From: Acidimicrobiia bacterium
GTDB taxonomy: Bacteria; Actinomycetota; Acidimicrobiia; IMCC26256; PALSA-610
Reading direction: 5' to 3'
Assembly: GCA_026002935.1 (NCBI GenBank)
Contig: BPGH01000001.1
Location: 26,814 to 90,813 of the forward strand
DNA: 64,000 nucleotides
Part shown: piece after piece, positions 17,838 to 26,341 of the stretch
How positions within the stretch are numbered: the stretch's first letter is position 1
How the letters are laid out: every line of letters begins with the position of its first letter
Position numbers and translations under genes: made by a program
Notes under the pieces: model-generated
The model's database searches: none
What the model was told of the DNA's origin: nothing
What the model saw: the letters and a program-made list of their open reading frames with translations, nothing else

Positions 17838-18749
17838 TCACGCACGGCGCTTCTCGAACTTGTTCCGGATGAGGATCGCCGTCATGTTGAGCGCGACGAG
17901 CATCACGAGCAACACGACGATCGCGGCCGCGGCGACGACGTGGAACTCCGCCTTCGCGTCGGACGCGTACTTGAAGATGAGCAGGGGCAGGACGGTGTAG
18001 CCGCTGTCGAGCCCGTCCGGGTTGAAGGTGACGAACGTGAGGGCGCCCAGCAGCAGCAGCGGTGCCGACTCGCCCAGCGCGCGCGAGACCGCGAGGATCG
18101 ACCCGGTCGCGATGCCCGGCACCGCCGCGGGGAGCACCTGGCGCCAGACCGTCTGCCACTTGGTCGCGCCCAGGGACAGCGAGCCGTCGCGCAGCGACGG
18201 TGGGACCGCACGGATGGCCTCGCGCGAGCTGATGATGATGACCGGCAGCACCATGATCGTGAGCACCGCCGCGGCGGAGCCGATCGTGAACCCCCACCCG
18301 AGCGGGCCCCGGGCGATGAACGCGAGCCCGAGGATGCCGTAGACGACCGACGGGACGCCCGCGAGGTTCTGGATGTTCACCTCGATGAGGCGGACGTACC
18401 ACTTGCCCTTCGGTGCGAACTCCTCGAGGAACACGGCCGTACCGATGCCGAGCGGCAACGACGCGACGGCCGAGACCCCGACGACCCACAACGACCCCCA
18501 GATCGCGGACTGGATCCCTGCGCGTGCGGGCCGGGCCGACGGCATGTTGGTGATGAGGTCGCGGTTCAGCCGCGGGCGGCCCTCGACGAACACGTCGACG
18601 AGCAGGGTCACCAGGACGACCAGCGCGAACGCGAGGGCGAGGAACAGCAGGACGCGGAACGCGAGATCGGCCGCCCGCCGGCGCGCCGAGGCGGTGTCGG
18701 CGAGCGATGCGGCGGCTGCTGCCGTCCCGGTCGATGCGACGGCCGTCAC
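17838..18749 (-). CDS. pstA: Phosphate ABC transporter permease PstA
   Basis: GTG 18749 overlaps the pstC stop (GTGA). Permease with EAA-type loop ([22 protein letters not shown]). Confidence 0.9.
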   Translation of the reverse strand: MTAVASTGTAAAAASLADTASARRRAADLAFRVLLFLALAFALVVLVTLLVDVFVEGRPRLNRDLITNMPSARPARAGIQSAIWGSLWVVGVSAVASLPLGIGTAVFLEEFAPKGKWYVRLIEVNIQNLAGVPSVVYGILGLAFIARGPLGWGFTIGSAAAVLTIMVLPVIIISSREAIRAVPPSLRDGSLSLGATKWQTVWRQVLPAAVPGIATGSILAVSRALGESAPLLLLGALTFVTFNPDGLDSGYTVLPLLIFKYASDAKAEFHVVAAAAIVVLLVMLVALNMTAILIRNKFEKRRA

Positions 18750-19699
18750 TCGTACTCCTCCCGGAAGCGCTGCACGACGCGGATGCTGACGAGGTTGAGC
18801 ACGAAGGTGATGACGAACAGGACGGTGCCCACCGCGAAGATCGTCTTGTAGCCGGTCGAGCCCGTCGGCTGGTCGCCGATCCCGGCGAAACCGATGAACG
18901 AGGCGAGCGTCTGCACACCCTCGCCGGGGTTGAAGGTGAACCGCGGGTTGCTGCCCGCGGCGAGCAGGACGATCGTCGTCTCGCCGATCGCGCGGGAGAA
19001 CGCGAGCACCGTCGCCGCCACGATGCCCGACAGCGCCGCCGGCACGATCACCTTGGACGCCGCCTCCCGGCGGCTCGCCCCGAGCGCGAGCGCGCCGTCG
19101 CGCAGGGTGCCGGGCACGGCGGCCATGGCGTCCTCCGACAGCGACGTCATCGTCGGCAGGATCATGATGCCCACCACGAGCCCGGCCGCGAGCGCCGAGA
19201 ACGTGCCGACCTCGCCGAACGGCCAGAACCGCTGGACGATCTCCGGGTTGACGAAGAACAGCGCGAAGAACCCGAACACGACCGTCGGGATCCCGGCGAG
19301 GATCTCGAGCACGGGCTTGACGACGGCTCGCACCCGGGGCCGGGCGTACTCGCTCAGGTAGATCGCGGCGGCGAGACCGCACGGCACGGCGACCAGCACG
19401 GCGGTCGCCATGATGAGGAACGTGCCGGTGACGAGCGGCCACACCCCGAACTGCGGGTCCGCGAACAGGGGGGACCAGGTGGTGCCGCCGAAGAAGTCCG
19501 AGAGCGGCACCTCCCCGAAGAATTCGAGCGCCGGCCGCAACAGCGACACGACGATCGCGACGGTCACGCCGACCGAGAGCAGCGCCGTCGCGAAGAGCGA
19601 GCCGACGACGGTCCGCTCCACGAGCAGGCGACGGCGCAGGCCGGGTGAGGGGGCGAGGCCCCGCTCACCCGGCCGCGTCGACAGGACCGTCGCCGCCAC
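18746..19699 (-). CDS. pstC: Phosphate ABC transporter permease PstC
   Basis: 317-aa hydrophobic ORF. Loop SEDAMAAVPGTLRDGALALGASRRE. Directly follows pstS. Confidence 0.9.
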   Translation of the reverse strand: MAATVLSTRPGERGLAPSPGLRRRLLVERTVVGSLFATALLSVGVTVAIVVSLLRPALEFFGEVPLSDFFGGTTWSPLFADPQFGVWPLVTGTFLIMATAVLVAVPCGLAAAIYLSEYARPRVRAVVKPVLEILAGIPTVVFGFFALFFVNPEIVQRFWPFGEVGTFSALAAGLVVGIMILPTMTSLSEDAMAAVPGTLRDGALALGASRREAASKVIVPAALSGIVAATVLAFSRAIGETTIVLLAAGSNPRFTFNPGEGVQTLASFIGFAGIGDQPTGSTGYKTIFAVGTVLFVITFVLNLVSIRVVQRFREEYE

Positions 19700-20680
19700 T
19701 CAGGCGCCCTCGATGGCCGCCAGCTCCTCGCGGGCGGTCGCGAGCTGCTCCTCGGTCAGCGGCACGAACAGCGCCTCCTCGGTGATGGTCTCCTGGTTCT
19801 CCAGGTAGAACTCGAGGAACGCCTTGACCTCCGGTCGCTGTGCCGCCTCGGGCTTGGTGTAGACGAACAACGGCCGGCTGAGCGGGGTGTACTCGCCGGA
19901 CTGGACCGTCTCCACCGTGGGGGCGACGCACCCGTTCCCGCCGTCGATCTCCACGCCCTTCACCGAGCCCTCGTTCTCGAGCAGGTACGACAGGCCGAAG
20001 TATCCCATGGCGCCCTTGTCGCCGCTCACGCCCTGCACCGTGACGTTGTCGTCCTCGGACGGGTTGTAGTCGGTGCGGGTCGCACCCTCCTCGCCCACGA
20101 TCGCCTCGGTGAAGTAGTCGAACGTGCCCGAGTCGGACCCGGCGCCGTAGAGGGTGAGCGCCTGGTCGGGGAACGACGGGTCGATCTGGTTCCAGTTGTT
20201 GATGGTGCTCCCCGGCTCCCAGACCTTCTTGAGCTGCTCGACCGTGAGGCACTCGGCCCAGTCGTTCTCGGGGTTGACGACCACCGAGAGGCCGTCGTTG
20301 GCGACGATGAGTTCGAGCGGCTCGATGCCGTTGCCCTCGCAGGCCTGCGTCTCCTCGTCCTTGATGGGCCGGGACGCCATCGAGATGTCGGTCTCGCCGT
20401 TGCAGAACTTCTCGAAGCCGCCGCCGGTGCCCGAGGTTCCGACCGGGACCTGCACGCCCGGGTTCTCGTTCTGGAAGTCCTCGGCGGCGAGCGAGATGAG
20501 CGGCGTCACCGTGCTGGAGCCGTCGACGCGGATCGTGCCGGACAGCTCCTCGCCACCGCCCCCCGTGTCCTCCGATGCGGAGCCGCCGTCGTCGTCGTCG
20601 CCGCCGCACGCGGCGAGCACCAGCGTGAGCGCCAGCGTGGACGCCAGCAGGCGCCACGGTGCGCGGGAACGTCGTGCCAT
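19700..20680 (-). CDS. pstS: Phosphate-binding lipoprotein PstS
   Basis: ATG 20680 with GGGAGG 8 nt upstream. Lipobox LVLAAC. Motifs GSSTV, GTSGTGGGF, ISMASRP are typical of PstS. Confidence 0.9.
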   Translation of the reverse strand: MARRSRAPWRLLASTLALTLVLAACGGDDDDGGSASEDTGGGGEELSGTIRVDGSSTVTPLISLAAEDFQNENPGVQVPVGTSGTGGGFEKFCNGETDISMASRPIKDEETQACEGNGIEPLELIVANDGLSVVVNPENDWAECLTVEQLKKVWEPGSTINNWNQIDPSFPDQALTLYGAGSDSGTFDYFTEAIVGEEGATRTDYNPSEDDNVTVQGVSGDKGAMGYFGLSYLLENEGSVKGVEIDGGNGCVAPTVETVQSGEYTPLSRPLFVYTKPEAAQRPEVKAFLEFYLENQETITEEALFVPLTEEQLATAREELAAIEGA

Positions 20681-20729
20681 TCGTCGGGCCTCCCTGTGGG
20701 TCATGTCGGCGCCGACGCTACGGATGCCG

Positions 20730-20780
20730 GGTGAACGGCCGGGGGGCCCCGAGGTGACGAACAGGTGAACCGGCGGTGAA
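20730..20780 (-). promoter_or_regulatory. PHO box: phased GTTCACC direct repeats upstream of pstS
   Basis: On the pstS sense strand: TTCACC (20780-20775), GTTCACC (20770-20764) and GTCACC (20758-20753) at exact 11-nt spacing, plus GTTCACC (20736-20730). TAGCGT hexamer at 20720-20715. ATG at 20680. Confidence 0.65.
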
Positions 20781-20791
20781 GGCGCGGCGGA

Positions 20792-21064
20792 CTACTCGAT
20801 GTCGTCGCCGAGGTCCCACTCGAGGATCAGGTGCTCGCGCTCGGCGTCGCGGGCCACCCGCTCCCGGTTGCGGCGGAACTGCGGGTCGTACACCGGGAGC
20901 AGCTGGAGGCGGGCCATGGCCCGCTGGCGGAACTCGTCGATCAGCGCCCGGTCGCCGAAGACCCCGTGGATCTCCCAGTGGGGCGCCACCGGTCCGGTGT
21001 ACACGATCTTCACGTGACCCCGGGGCGGGATCTCCTCTTCCAGCTGTTCGGGCTCCATCGCCAT
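20792..21064 (-). CDS. Hypothetical small protein
   Basis: ORF 20792..21127. Likely start ATG 21064 or 21058 (MAMEPEQLEEE...). Non-low-complexity sequence (HVKIVYTGPVAPHWEIHGVFGDRALIDEF). No recognised motif. Confidence 0.4.
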   Translation of the reverse strand: MAMEPEQLEEEIPPRGHVKIVYTGPVAPHWEIHGVFGDRALIDEFRQRAMARLQLLPVYDPQFRRNRERVARDAEREHLILEWDLGDDIE

Positions 21065-21123
21065 GGCGACCAGGGTACCGGGAGCGCCCCGCGCCGGCCC
21101 GGGCGGGGCGCTCCGCCTCCCGG

Positions 21124-22575
21124 TCACAGGTCGTCGGGCCGCTCGCCGAGCGTGACGGTCACGGTGCGGCGGTCGCCGTCGCGCACGAAGGTGATCTCGA
21201 GGCGGTCGCCCGGCTGGTGGCTGCGCACCGCGCTCACCACGTCGAGGGCTTCGTCGACCGGCGAGCCGTCGATCTCGACGATCACGTCCTTCGGCTCGAG
21301 GCCCGCGTCGGCGGCGGCGGAGCCGGCGGTCACCGTCGCCACCACGGCGCCGCGCTCCACGCCGATCTCGTCGGCGAGCCGGGGCGTGACGTCCTCGGTG
21401 GAGACGCCGAGGAACGCGACCTGTGGCTCACGGCCCTCGCGCAGCGCGTCGATCACCGGCTTCGCCGACGAGATCGAGATCGCGAACCCGACGTTGTTGG
21501 AGTAGTCGGGACTCGCGATCGCGGTGTTGATGCCGACGACCCGCCCGTTCATGTCGAGCAGGGGCCCGCCCGAGTTGCCCGGGTTGATCGCGGCGTCGGT
21601 CTGGATCGCGTTGTAGAGGATCTCGTCGCCGAGGTCGATGACGCGGTCGAGCCCGGAGACGATGCCGGTGGTCACGGTGGCACCGCTGCCCTCGGAGAGG
21701 CCCAGCGCGTTCCCGATCGCGACGACCGGGTCACCGACCTCCAGCTCGTCCGAGTCGCCGAGCTGCAGGTACGGCAGGCCGTCCCGGTCGACCTCCACGA
21801 CCGCGAGGTCGAAGCGCGCGTCGCGGCCGACGACCTCGCCCTCGAGCTCCGTGCCGTCGGCGAGGTACACCGAGACCGTGCGCGCGTTCCCGACGACGTG
21901 CGCGTTGGTGACGACGACGCCGCCCGGGTCCACGACGAACCCGGTGCCCGTCCCGCGGCCCCCGAACCCGGCCGAGTCGATCCGCACCACGGCGGGCCGG
22001 GTCGCGTCGAGGATCGCGCCGATGTCGCCGGGCTGTTCGACGACCGGGCCGTCGCCCGTGTCGGACGAGCCCGCGGAGGAGTCGGCGGCGCGCTCGACCG
22101 TCACGGGGGTGCTCGTGGCCGGCTGCGGGTCGTCGTCGAGGGCGACGACGAGCCCGCCCGCGACGAGCGCCCCGACCAGGGCGCCCGCGACGCCGCCGAC
22201 CAACGCCGAGCGCGCGCCGCCCGCCCGCCGCGCGCCCGCCTCGGGGGGCCCCCACGGGGACCCGGGCGCGGCGGCGGGACCGGGCTCCGCGGCGGCGGGC
22301 GCGGGACCGGAGGGCGGCCGCGGCGCGTCGGGACCCGCGGTCGCTCCGGCGGCGGGTCCGGGCGCCGTCACGTCGGCGTCGCCCGCGGGGTCCACCGGCG
22401 GATCCAGATCGACCGGCTCGACCGGCTCGACCGGCTCGACCCGCTCGGGCGGCTCGGACGGCTCGGGTCCCGCACCCGGCGCCGTCACGGCGTCGGGTCC
22501 CCCGACGACGGCGCGCGCCACGACGTCGGTCGTCGGCTGCGTGCCCGTTCGCTGTTCGTCGTCACGGTCTTCCAT
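21124..22575 (-). CDS. htrA: HtrA/DegP-family serine protease with PDZ domain
   Basis: ATG 22575 with ggggag SD. Pro/Glu-rich N-terminus, TM helix, catalytic TNAHVV / D / GNSGGPL, C-terminal PDZ. Confidence 0.9.
   Translation of the reverse strand: MEDRDDEQRTGTQPTTDVVARAVVGGPDAVTAPGAGPEPSEPPERVEPVEPVEPVDLDPPVDPAGDADVTAPGPAAGATAGPDAPRPPSGPAPAAAEPGPAAAPGSPWGPPEAGARRAGGARSALVGGVAGALVGALVAGGLVVALDDDPQPATSTPVTVERAADSSAGSSDTGDGPVVEQPGDIGAILDATRPAVVRIDSAGFGGRGTGTGFVVDPGGVVVTNAHVVGNARTVSVYLADGTELEGEVVGRDARFDLAVVEVDRDGLPYLQLGDSDELEVGDPVVAIGNALGLSEGSGATVTTGIVSGLDRVIDLGDEILYNAIQTDAAINPGNSGGPLLDMNGRVVGINTAIASPDYSNNVGFAISISSAKPVIDALREGREPQVAFLGVSTEDVTPRLADEIGVERGAVVATVTAGSAAADAGLEPKDVIVEIDGSPVDEALDVVSAVRSHQPGDRLEITFVRDGDRRTVTVTLGERPDDL
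22411..22464 (-). repeat. 9-bp tandem repeat (6 units, last 3 perfect) encoding (E-P-x)n in the HtrA N-terminal tail
   Basis: Minus-strand units: gagccgtcc gagccgccc gagcgggtc gagccggtc gagccggtc gagccggtc. Translation: EPSEPPERVEPVEPVEPV. Confidence 0.85.
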
Positions 22576-22706
22576 CGTCACTCCCCGTGTTCGGCGCGGG
22601 TCGTCCCCACTGAAGCACCCGAACGTGATCCGTGCCCCGAAGCGTCCCGGTCGCGACTGGGAGTTTGCTGAGACGGCGCACCGGGAAGCCTGAGTGTGAC
22701 CGATCC

Positions 22707-22733
22707 GGGAACCCGGTGCCGTCGCGCGGCGTT
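22707..22733 (+). promoter_or_regulatory. ECF-sigma-type promoter motif GGGAAC-N17-CGTT in front of whiB
   Basis: GGGAAC 22707-22712, 17-nt spacer, CGTT 22730-22733. GTG 22743 and ATG 22746 follow 9 and 12 nt later. Confidence 0.5.
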
Positions 22734-22745
22734 GAAGGGGACGTG

Positions 22746-23030
22746 ATGCTCCCGCCACCCGAAGCGGAACCCTGGATGCTCGACGCGAAGTGCCGCGGCG
22801 CCGCACCCGCTGCGTTCTTCCCCTCCGACGGTCTCGGCGTCGAGAGCGCGCAACGCGTGTGCACCACCTGTCCGGTGCGCGTCGAGTGCCTCGAGTACGC
22901 GCTCGCGAACCGCATCGAGCACGGCGTGTGGGGCGGTGCCTCCGAACGGGAGCGCCGCCGCATCCTGCGGCGCCGCCGCGGCGAGCGCGACGGGCAGCAG
23001 GCCGGCGTCGCCGGCGCGTCACGCCGCTGA
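22746..23030 (+). CDS. WhiB-family transcriptional regulator
   Basis: Four Cys (C-x22-C-x2-C-x5-C: KCRG...CTTCPVRVEC), GVWGG turn, basic tail. ATG 22746; GTG 22743 is an alternative. Confidence 0.85.
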   Translation: MLPPPEAEPWMLDAKCRGAAPAAFFPSDGLGVESAQRVCTTCPVRVECLEYALANRIEHGVWGGASERERRRILRRRRGERDGQQAGVAGASRR

Positions 23031-23052
23031 CGCGTCGGCACCGGCGCCGCGG

Positions 23053-24060
23053 CTACCAGCGGAACGGTGCGAGCACCGTGTCGCCCAGTCGCCGCCAGAT
23101 CGGATCGCGGGGCGCGGAGACGTCCGCGGCGAGCGCCAGCAGGTCCGCGCGTGAGGCGTCTCCGACGCACGTGAAGACCAGGCCGTCGCGCTCGAACACG
23201 ACGACCTCGCCCGCCGGCAACGAGTAGGCGCGCGCCGGCGCGCCGCCGACGCGGACGTCCTCGCCGGGCGGGAGCGCCTCCCACACGAGCTCCCCGCGCT
23301 GCTCGAACACCGAGACCGCGAGCACGCCGTCCGAGTAGAGGAGCTGCGCGGTGCCGTCGCGGTGCAGCCAGCGGCCGAGCAGCGCGAACCCGGGGCCGGC
23401 GCGCCGCGGGTCGCGCGCGTCGTCGAGGTCCTCGACGGCCTCGGGCGCCGGCGCGGCGGCCACCGTGTACGACGTCGCCATGGGCACGTCGATCTCCAGC
23501 CGCTCGAACGTGACCGCGCGCACGACCCGCCCGTCCGGGTCCAGCCGCTCGCGCCGCAGCGCGACGCCGCTGTCGTCGTCCACGTAGACGCGCTCGACCG
23601 CCACGCCCTCGTGGCGCGCCTCGAAGACCGTCGTCGGACGCCCCGCGACCAGCGGCCCGTCGCGCTCCTCGACCACGTACTTGCGCGACGCCAGCTCGGC
23701 GTCCGCGACGACCGATCGCCGGGCCAGCACCTCCCATCCGGCCCCGTCGTGGAGCGCCGCCGCCTCCTCCGAGACCACGAGGGAGTCGTCACCCTCGACG
23801 TGCACGACCCCGCCCGCGTGGCTGACCTCGATCCGCTCGCGGTGGTGGGCACCGCCGTCGTACCACTCGACCGCGACGACCCCGGTGAAGGTGTGCGCAC
23901 GCACCTGCTCGCGCACCCGCTCGACGACCTCGTCCCACCCGTCGGGCCCCGCGGTCTGGTCGCCCGACGCCCCGGCCGTGACGAGCACGACCAGCGCCGC
24001 CACCGCGACCGAGCCGGCGACGACGGCCCCGAGCGCGCCGGCCCCGGCGAGTCGCCTCAT
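23053..24060 (-). CDS. MucB/RseB-like sigma-E regulatory protein (exported)
   Basis: ATG 24060 overlaps the anti-sigma stop (ATGA). N-terminal signal/TM segment. AGRPTTVFEARHEGVAVERVYVDDDSGVALRRERLDPDGRVV and LLYSDGVLAVSVFEQ resemble the RseB N- and C-domain signatures. Confidence 0.65.
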   Translation of the reverse strand: MRRLAGAGALGAVVAGSVAVAALVVLVTAGASGDQTAGPDGWDEVVERVREQVRAHTFTGVVAVEWYDGGAHHRERIEVSHAGGVVHVEGDDSLVVSEEAAALHDGAGWEVLARRSVVADAELASRKYVVEERDGPLVAGRPTTVFEARHEGVAVERVYVDDDSGVALRRERLDPDGRVVRAVTFERLEIDVPMATSYTVAAAPAPEAVEDLDDARDPRRAGPGFALLGRWLHRDGTAQLLYSDGVLAVSVFEQRGELVWEALPPGEDVRVGGAPARAYSLPAGEVVVFERDGLVFTCVGDASRADLLALAADVSAPRDPIWRRLGDTVLAPFRW

Positions 24061-24539
24061 CTCGGCAGCTCCGCCGGGACCGCGGCCGGGGCGACGAGGT
24101 GCGCGGGCTCGACCTCGAGCCCGGCGGTGGCGGCGTGCGTCCGGGAGAGGTGGGCGATCGCGGGGCGGACCTCGCCCTCGGGCCCGGGGCCGTCGGGGGC
24201 CGCGGCCACGACCGCGACGATCGTCGCCGCCACCGCGGCGACGGCCGCGAGCGCGGTGCGCGCCGCCGGGGGGCGAGACGGCGCGACGCGGGCCGCCCGG
24301 CGCGGGCGCGGCGCGGCGGCCCCGGGGGTCCCGCGGGTCAGGTCCGCGAGGAACCCGGCGGGGGGTTCGCGAAAGGGCAGGCGCCGCAGCGCGTCGCGCG
24401 CGGACCGGACCGCCTCGAGCTCCTCCCGCCAGCGCGCGTCGGCGGCCAGCCGCGCCTCAACGGCCGCGCGCTCGGCCGGGGTGCACTCGCCGTCGAGGTA
24501 GGCGGAGAGCAGGTCGTCGGGGAGCGGCCCGCCGGTCAC
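24057..24539 (-). CDS. Anti-sigma factor (single-pass membrane, non-ZAS)
   Basis: GTG 24539 overlaps the sigE stop (GTGA). N-terminus LSAYLDGECTPAERAAVEARL is typical of anti-sigma domains, but no HxxxCxxC. TM segment ALAAVAAVAATIVAVVAAA. Confidence 0.65.
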   Translation of the reverse strand: MTGGPLPDDLLSAYLDGECTPAERAAVEARLAADARWREELEAVRSARDALRRLPFREPPAGFLADLTRGTPGAAAPRPRRAARVAPSRPPAARTALAAVAAVAATIVAVVAAAPDGPGPEGEVRPAIAHLSRTHAATAGLEVEPAHLVAPAAVPAELPR

Positions 24540-25027
24540 GCCAACGCCTCCCGCAGCAGCCGCCGCCCGCGGTGGATCCGCGACCGCACCGTGCCGACGG
24601 GAACCCGCTGTTGCGCCGCGATCTCCTCGTACGACAGGCCGACGACGTCGCACAGCACGACGGCGACGCGGAAGTCCTCGGGCAGCGCGCCGAGCGCGCG
24701 CTGCACCTCGTCGGAGAGGTCGTCGCCCGGCGCGTCGGCGGGGGGCGCGGGCGGCAGCACGGCGTCGGGCGTCTCGGGGAGCGCAACGGTCGCGCGGCGC
24801 CGGCGGCGGCGCACCTCGTCGAGGAACACGTTGGTGACGATCCGGGCCAACCAGCCCTCCAGCGAGCCGGGCGTGTACGACTCCAGGCCCCGGCGCACCC
24901 GCACGAGCGCCTCCTGCACGAGGTCCTGCGCGTCCGCGTCGTTGCCGGCCAGCCGGTACGCCACGTTGTAGAGGAACCGCCCGTGGTCGCGGGCGATCTC
25001 CTCCCACGTGGGAACCGCGTCAGCCAC
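24536..25027 (-). CDS. sigE: ECF (group 4) RNA polymerase sigma factor, SigE-like
   Basis: 163-aa ORF. Region 2 (DAQDLVQEALVRV, WLARIVTNVFLD) and region 4 (LSYEEIAAQQRVPVGTVRSRIHRGR). Confidence 0.88.
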   Translation of the reverse strand: MADAVPTWEEIARDHGRFLYNVAYRLAGNDADAQDLVQEALVRVRRGLESYTPGSLEGWLARIVTNVFLDEVRRRRRRATVALPETPDAVLPPAPPADAPGDDLSDEVQRALGALPEDFRVAVVLCDVVGLSYEEIAAQQRVPVGTVRSRIHRGRRLLREALA

Positions 25028-25033
25028 GGGGGG

Positions 25034-25060
25034 AACGAACCGCCGGCGCGACGAGTTCCC
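25034..25060 (-). promoter_or_regulatory. ECF-sigma-type promoter motif GGGAAC-N17-CGTT immediately upstream of sigE (candidate autoregulatory, leaderless)
   Basis: Minus strand: GGGAAC 25060-25055, 17-nt spacer, CGTT 25037-25034, then 6 nt and GTG 25027. Confidence 0.55.
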
Positions 25061-25084
25061 GGACCGCCGCGGTCGAGGCTCGGG

Positions 25085-25255
25085 TCAGTCGGAGCCGGGC
25101 GTCTTCGGCTCCTCGTCCTTCGCGCCCTCGGCGAGACCCTGCTTGAACTCCTTCTGGGCCTGGCCGAGGGAACGGGCCAGCTTCGGCAGCTGGGAACCGC
25201 CGAAGATGACGAGCACGACGAGGAGGATGATCAGCCACTCGCTGGCACCTGGCAT
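25085..25255 (-). CDS. tatA: Twin-arginine translocase subunit TatA/E
   Basis: 56-aa ORF not in the track. Sequence: MPGASEWLIILLVVLVIFGGSQLPKLARSLGQAQKEFKQGLAEGAKDEEPKTPGSD. Classic TatA TM helix + FG hinge + amphipathic helix. gaggag SD upstream of ATG 25255. Confidence 0.85.
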   Translation of the reverse strand: MPGASEWLIILLVVLVIFGGSQLPKLARSLGQAQKEFKQGLAEGAKDEEPKTPGSD

Positions 25256-25312
25256 GGGGACTCCTCGGATCCGGGACCGGCTCCCGGTCGCGCCCTCAGG
25301 CTACCCGTGGGG

Positions 25313-26302
25313 TCACGCCCGTGCGGCCTCGGCCAGCAGCTCGACGTCGTCGAGCGCGCCGGCCTGGAACGGCACGGCGCCGACGCCGAGGATCAGCGTC
25401 TCGACGCCGAGTGCCTCCCAGGCCGCGACCTGCTCGCGCACCTGCTCGACCGTGCCGACGAGACGGCCGGTGCGGAACGCCTCGAGGTCGACGCCGTCGA
25501 GGACGCCGCGGGGCGACGACGCGCGCAGGCGCTCGAACCGGCGCGCGAGGTCCCGCTCGTCCTCGCCGGCGAGGGCGTACAGGCCGAGCGTCCTCCACAC
25601 GGAGGCCGGGTCGCGCCCGACCCGTTCGCAGGCGCGCTCGAGCACGCGCAGCCGCTCGCGGTAGGCGTCGGGCGTCCACGTCCAGCAGGTGTTCCATCCG
25701 TCGGCGTGCTCGGCGACGAGTGACAGCAACCGGTCGCCCTTGCCGCCGACGAACACGCGCGGGCGCGGTACCTGCACCGCGGCCGGTCGGTTGACCGCGT
25801 CGACGGCACGGTGGAACCGGCCCTCGAACGTGAACGGCCCGCCGCCGAGCAGGCCGGTGACCACCTGCACGGCTTCGCGCAACCGCTCGATCCGCTCGGG
25901 CGGCGGCGGCATCGCCGTGCCGAGGGCCTCGTAGTCGGGCTCGTACCACCCCGCACCGATGCCGACGTCGACGCGTCCCGCGGACACGCGGTCGAGCGTC
26001 GCGAGCGCCTTCGCCAGCACCGCCGCGGGCCGCAGCGCCTCGCACAGCACGAGCGTGCCGAGCCGGACGCGCCCGACGACCCGGGCGAGGGCGGCGAGCG
26101 TCACGATCGGCTCGTAGCAGCCGTAGCGCTCGGCCGGGCCGCCGTACTTCGCGAGATCGAGGAACAGGTGGTCCGACAGCCACAGCGAGTCGAAACCGGC
26201 CGCCTCGGCCGCCTGCGCGTAGCGCACGACGGTCGGGAACGTGAGCGGGTCCTCGCCGGCGACGGAGTAGTCGTACTGGGGCAACGCGAGTCCGAGCTTC
26301 AT
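25313..26302 (-). CDS. LLM-class (luciferase-like) F420/flavin-dependent oxidoreductase
   Basis: ATG 26302 (MKLGLALPQ). Motifs GFDSLWLSDHL and RVDVGIGAGW are typical of luciferase-like monooxygenase-fold enzymes. Confidence 0.8.
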   Translation of the reverse strand: MKLGLALPQYDYSVAGEDPLTFPTVVRYAQAAEAAGFDSLWLSDHLFLDLAKYGGPAERYGCYEPIVTLAALARVVGRVRLGTLVLCEALRPAAVLAKALATLDRVSAGRVDVGIGAGWYEPDYEALGTAMPPPPERIERLREAVQVVTGLLGGGPFTFEGRFHRAVDAVNRPAAVQVPRPRVFVGGKGDRLLSLVAEHADGWNTCWTWTPDAYRERLRVLERACERVGRDPASVWRTLGLYALAGEDERDLARRFERLRASSPRGVLDGVDLEAFRTGRLVGTVEQVREQVAAWEALGVETLILGVGAVPFQAGALDDVELLAEAARA

Positions 26303-26341
26303 GCGCGCCGCCGAGGCTACCCAGCCGTACGCTTCCGGGCG

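Noticed and set aside
22622-22648. GGGAC-N18-CGTT on the minus strand upstream of htrA as a fourth SigE-type promoter
   Set aside because: The -35 deviates (GGGAC) and the spacer is 18 nt rather than 17. It is plausible biologically, since htrA is SigE-dependent in mycobacteria, but the motif match is too weak to call.
25020-25238. 72-aa minus-strand ORF in the track
   Set aside because: It overlaps a 56-aa ORF in another frame (25085-25255). That ORF is an unmistakable TatA with its own SD, so the 72-aa frame is Arg-rich noise.
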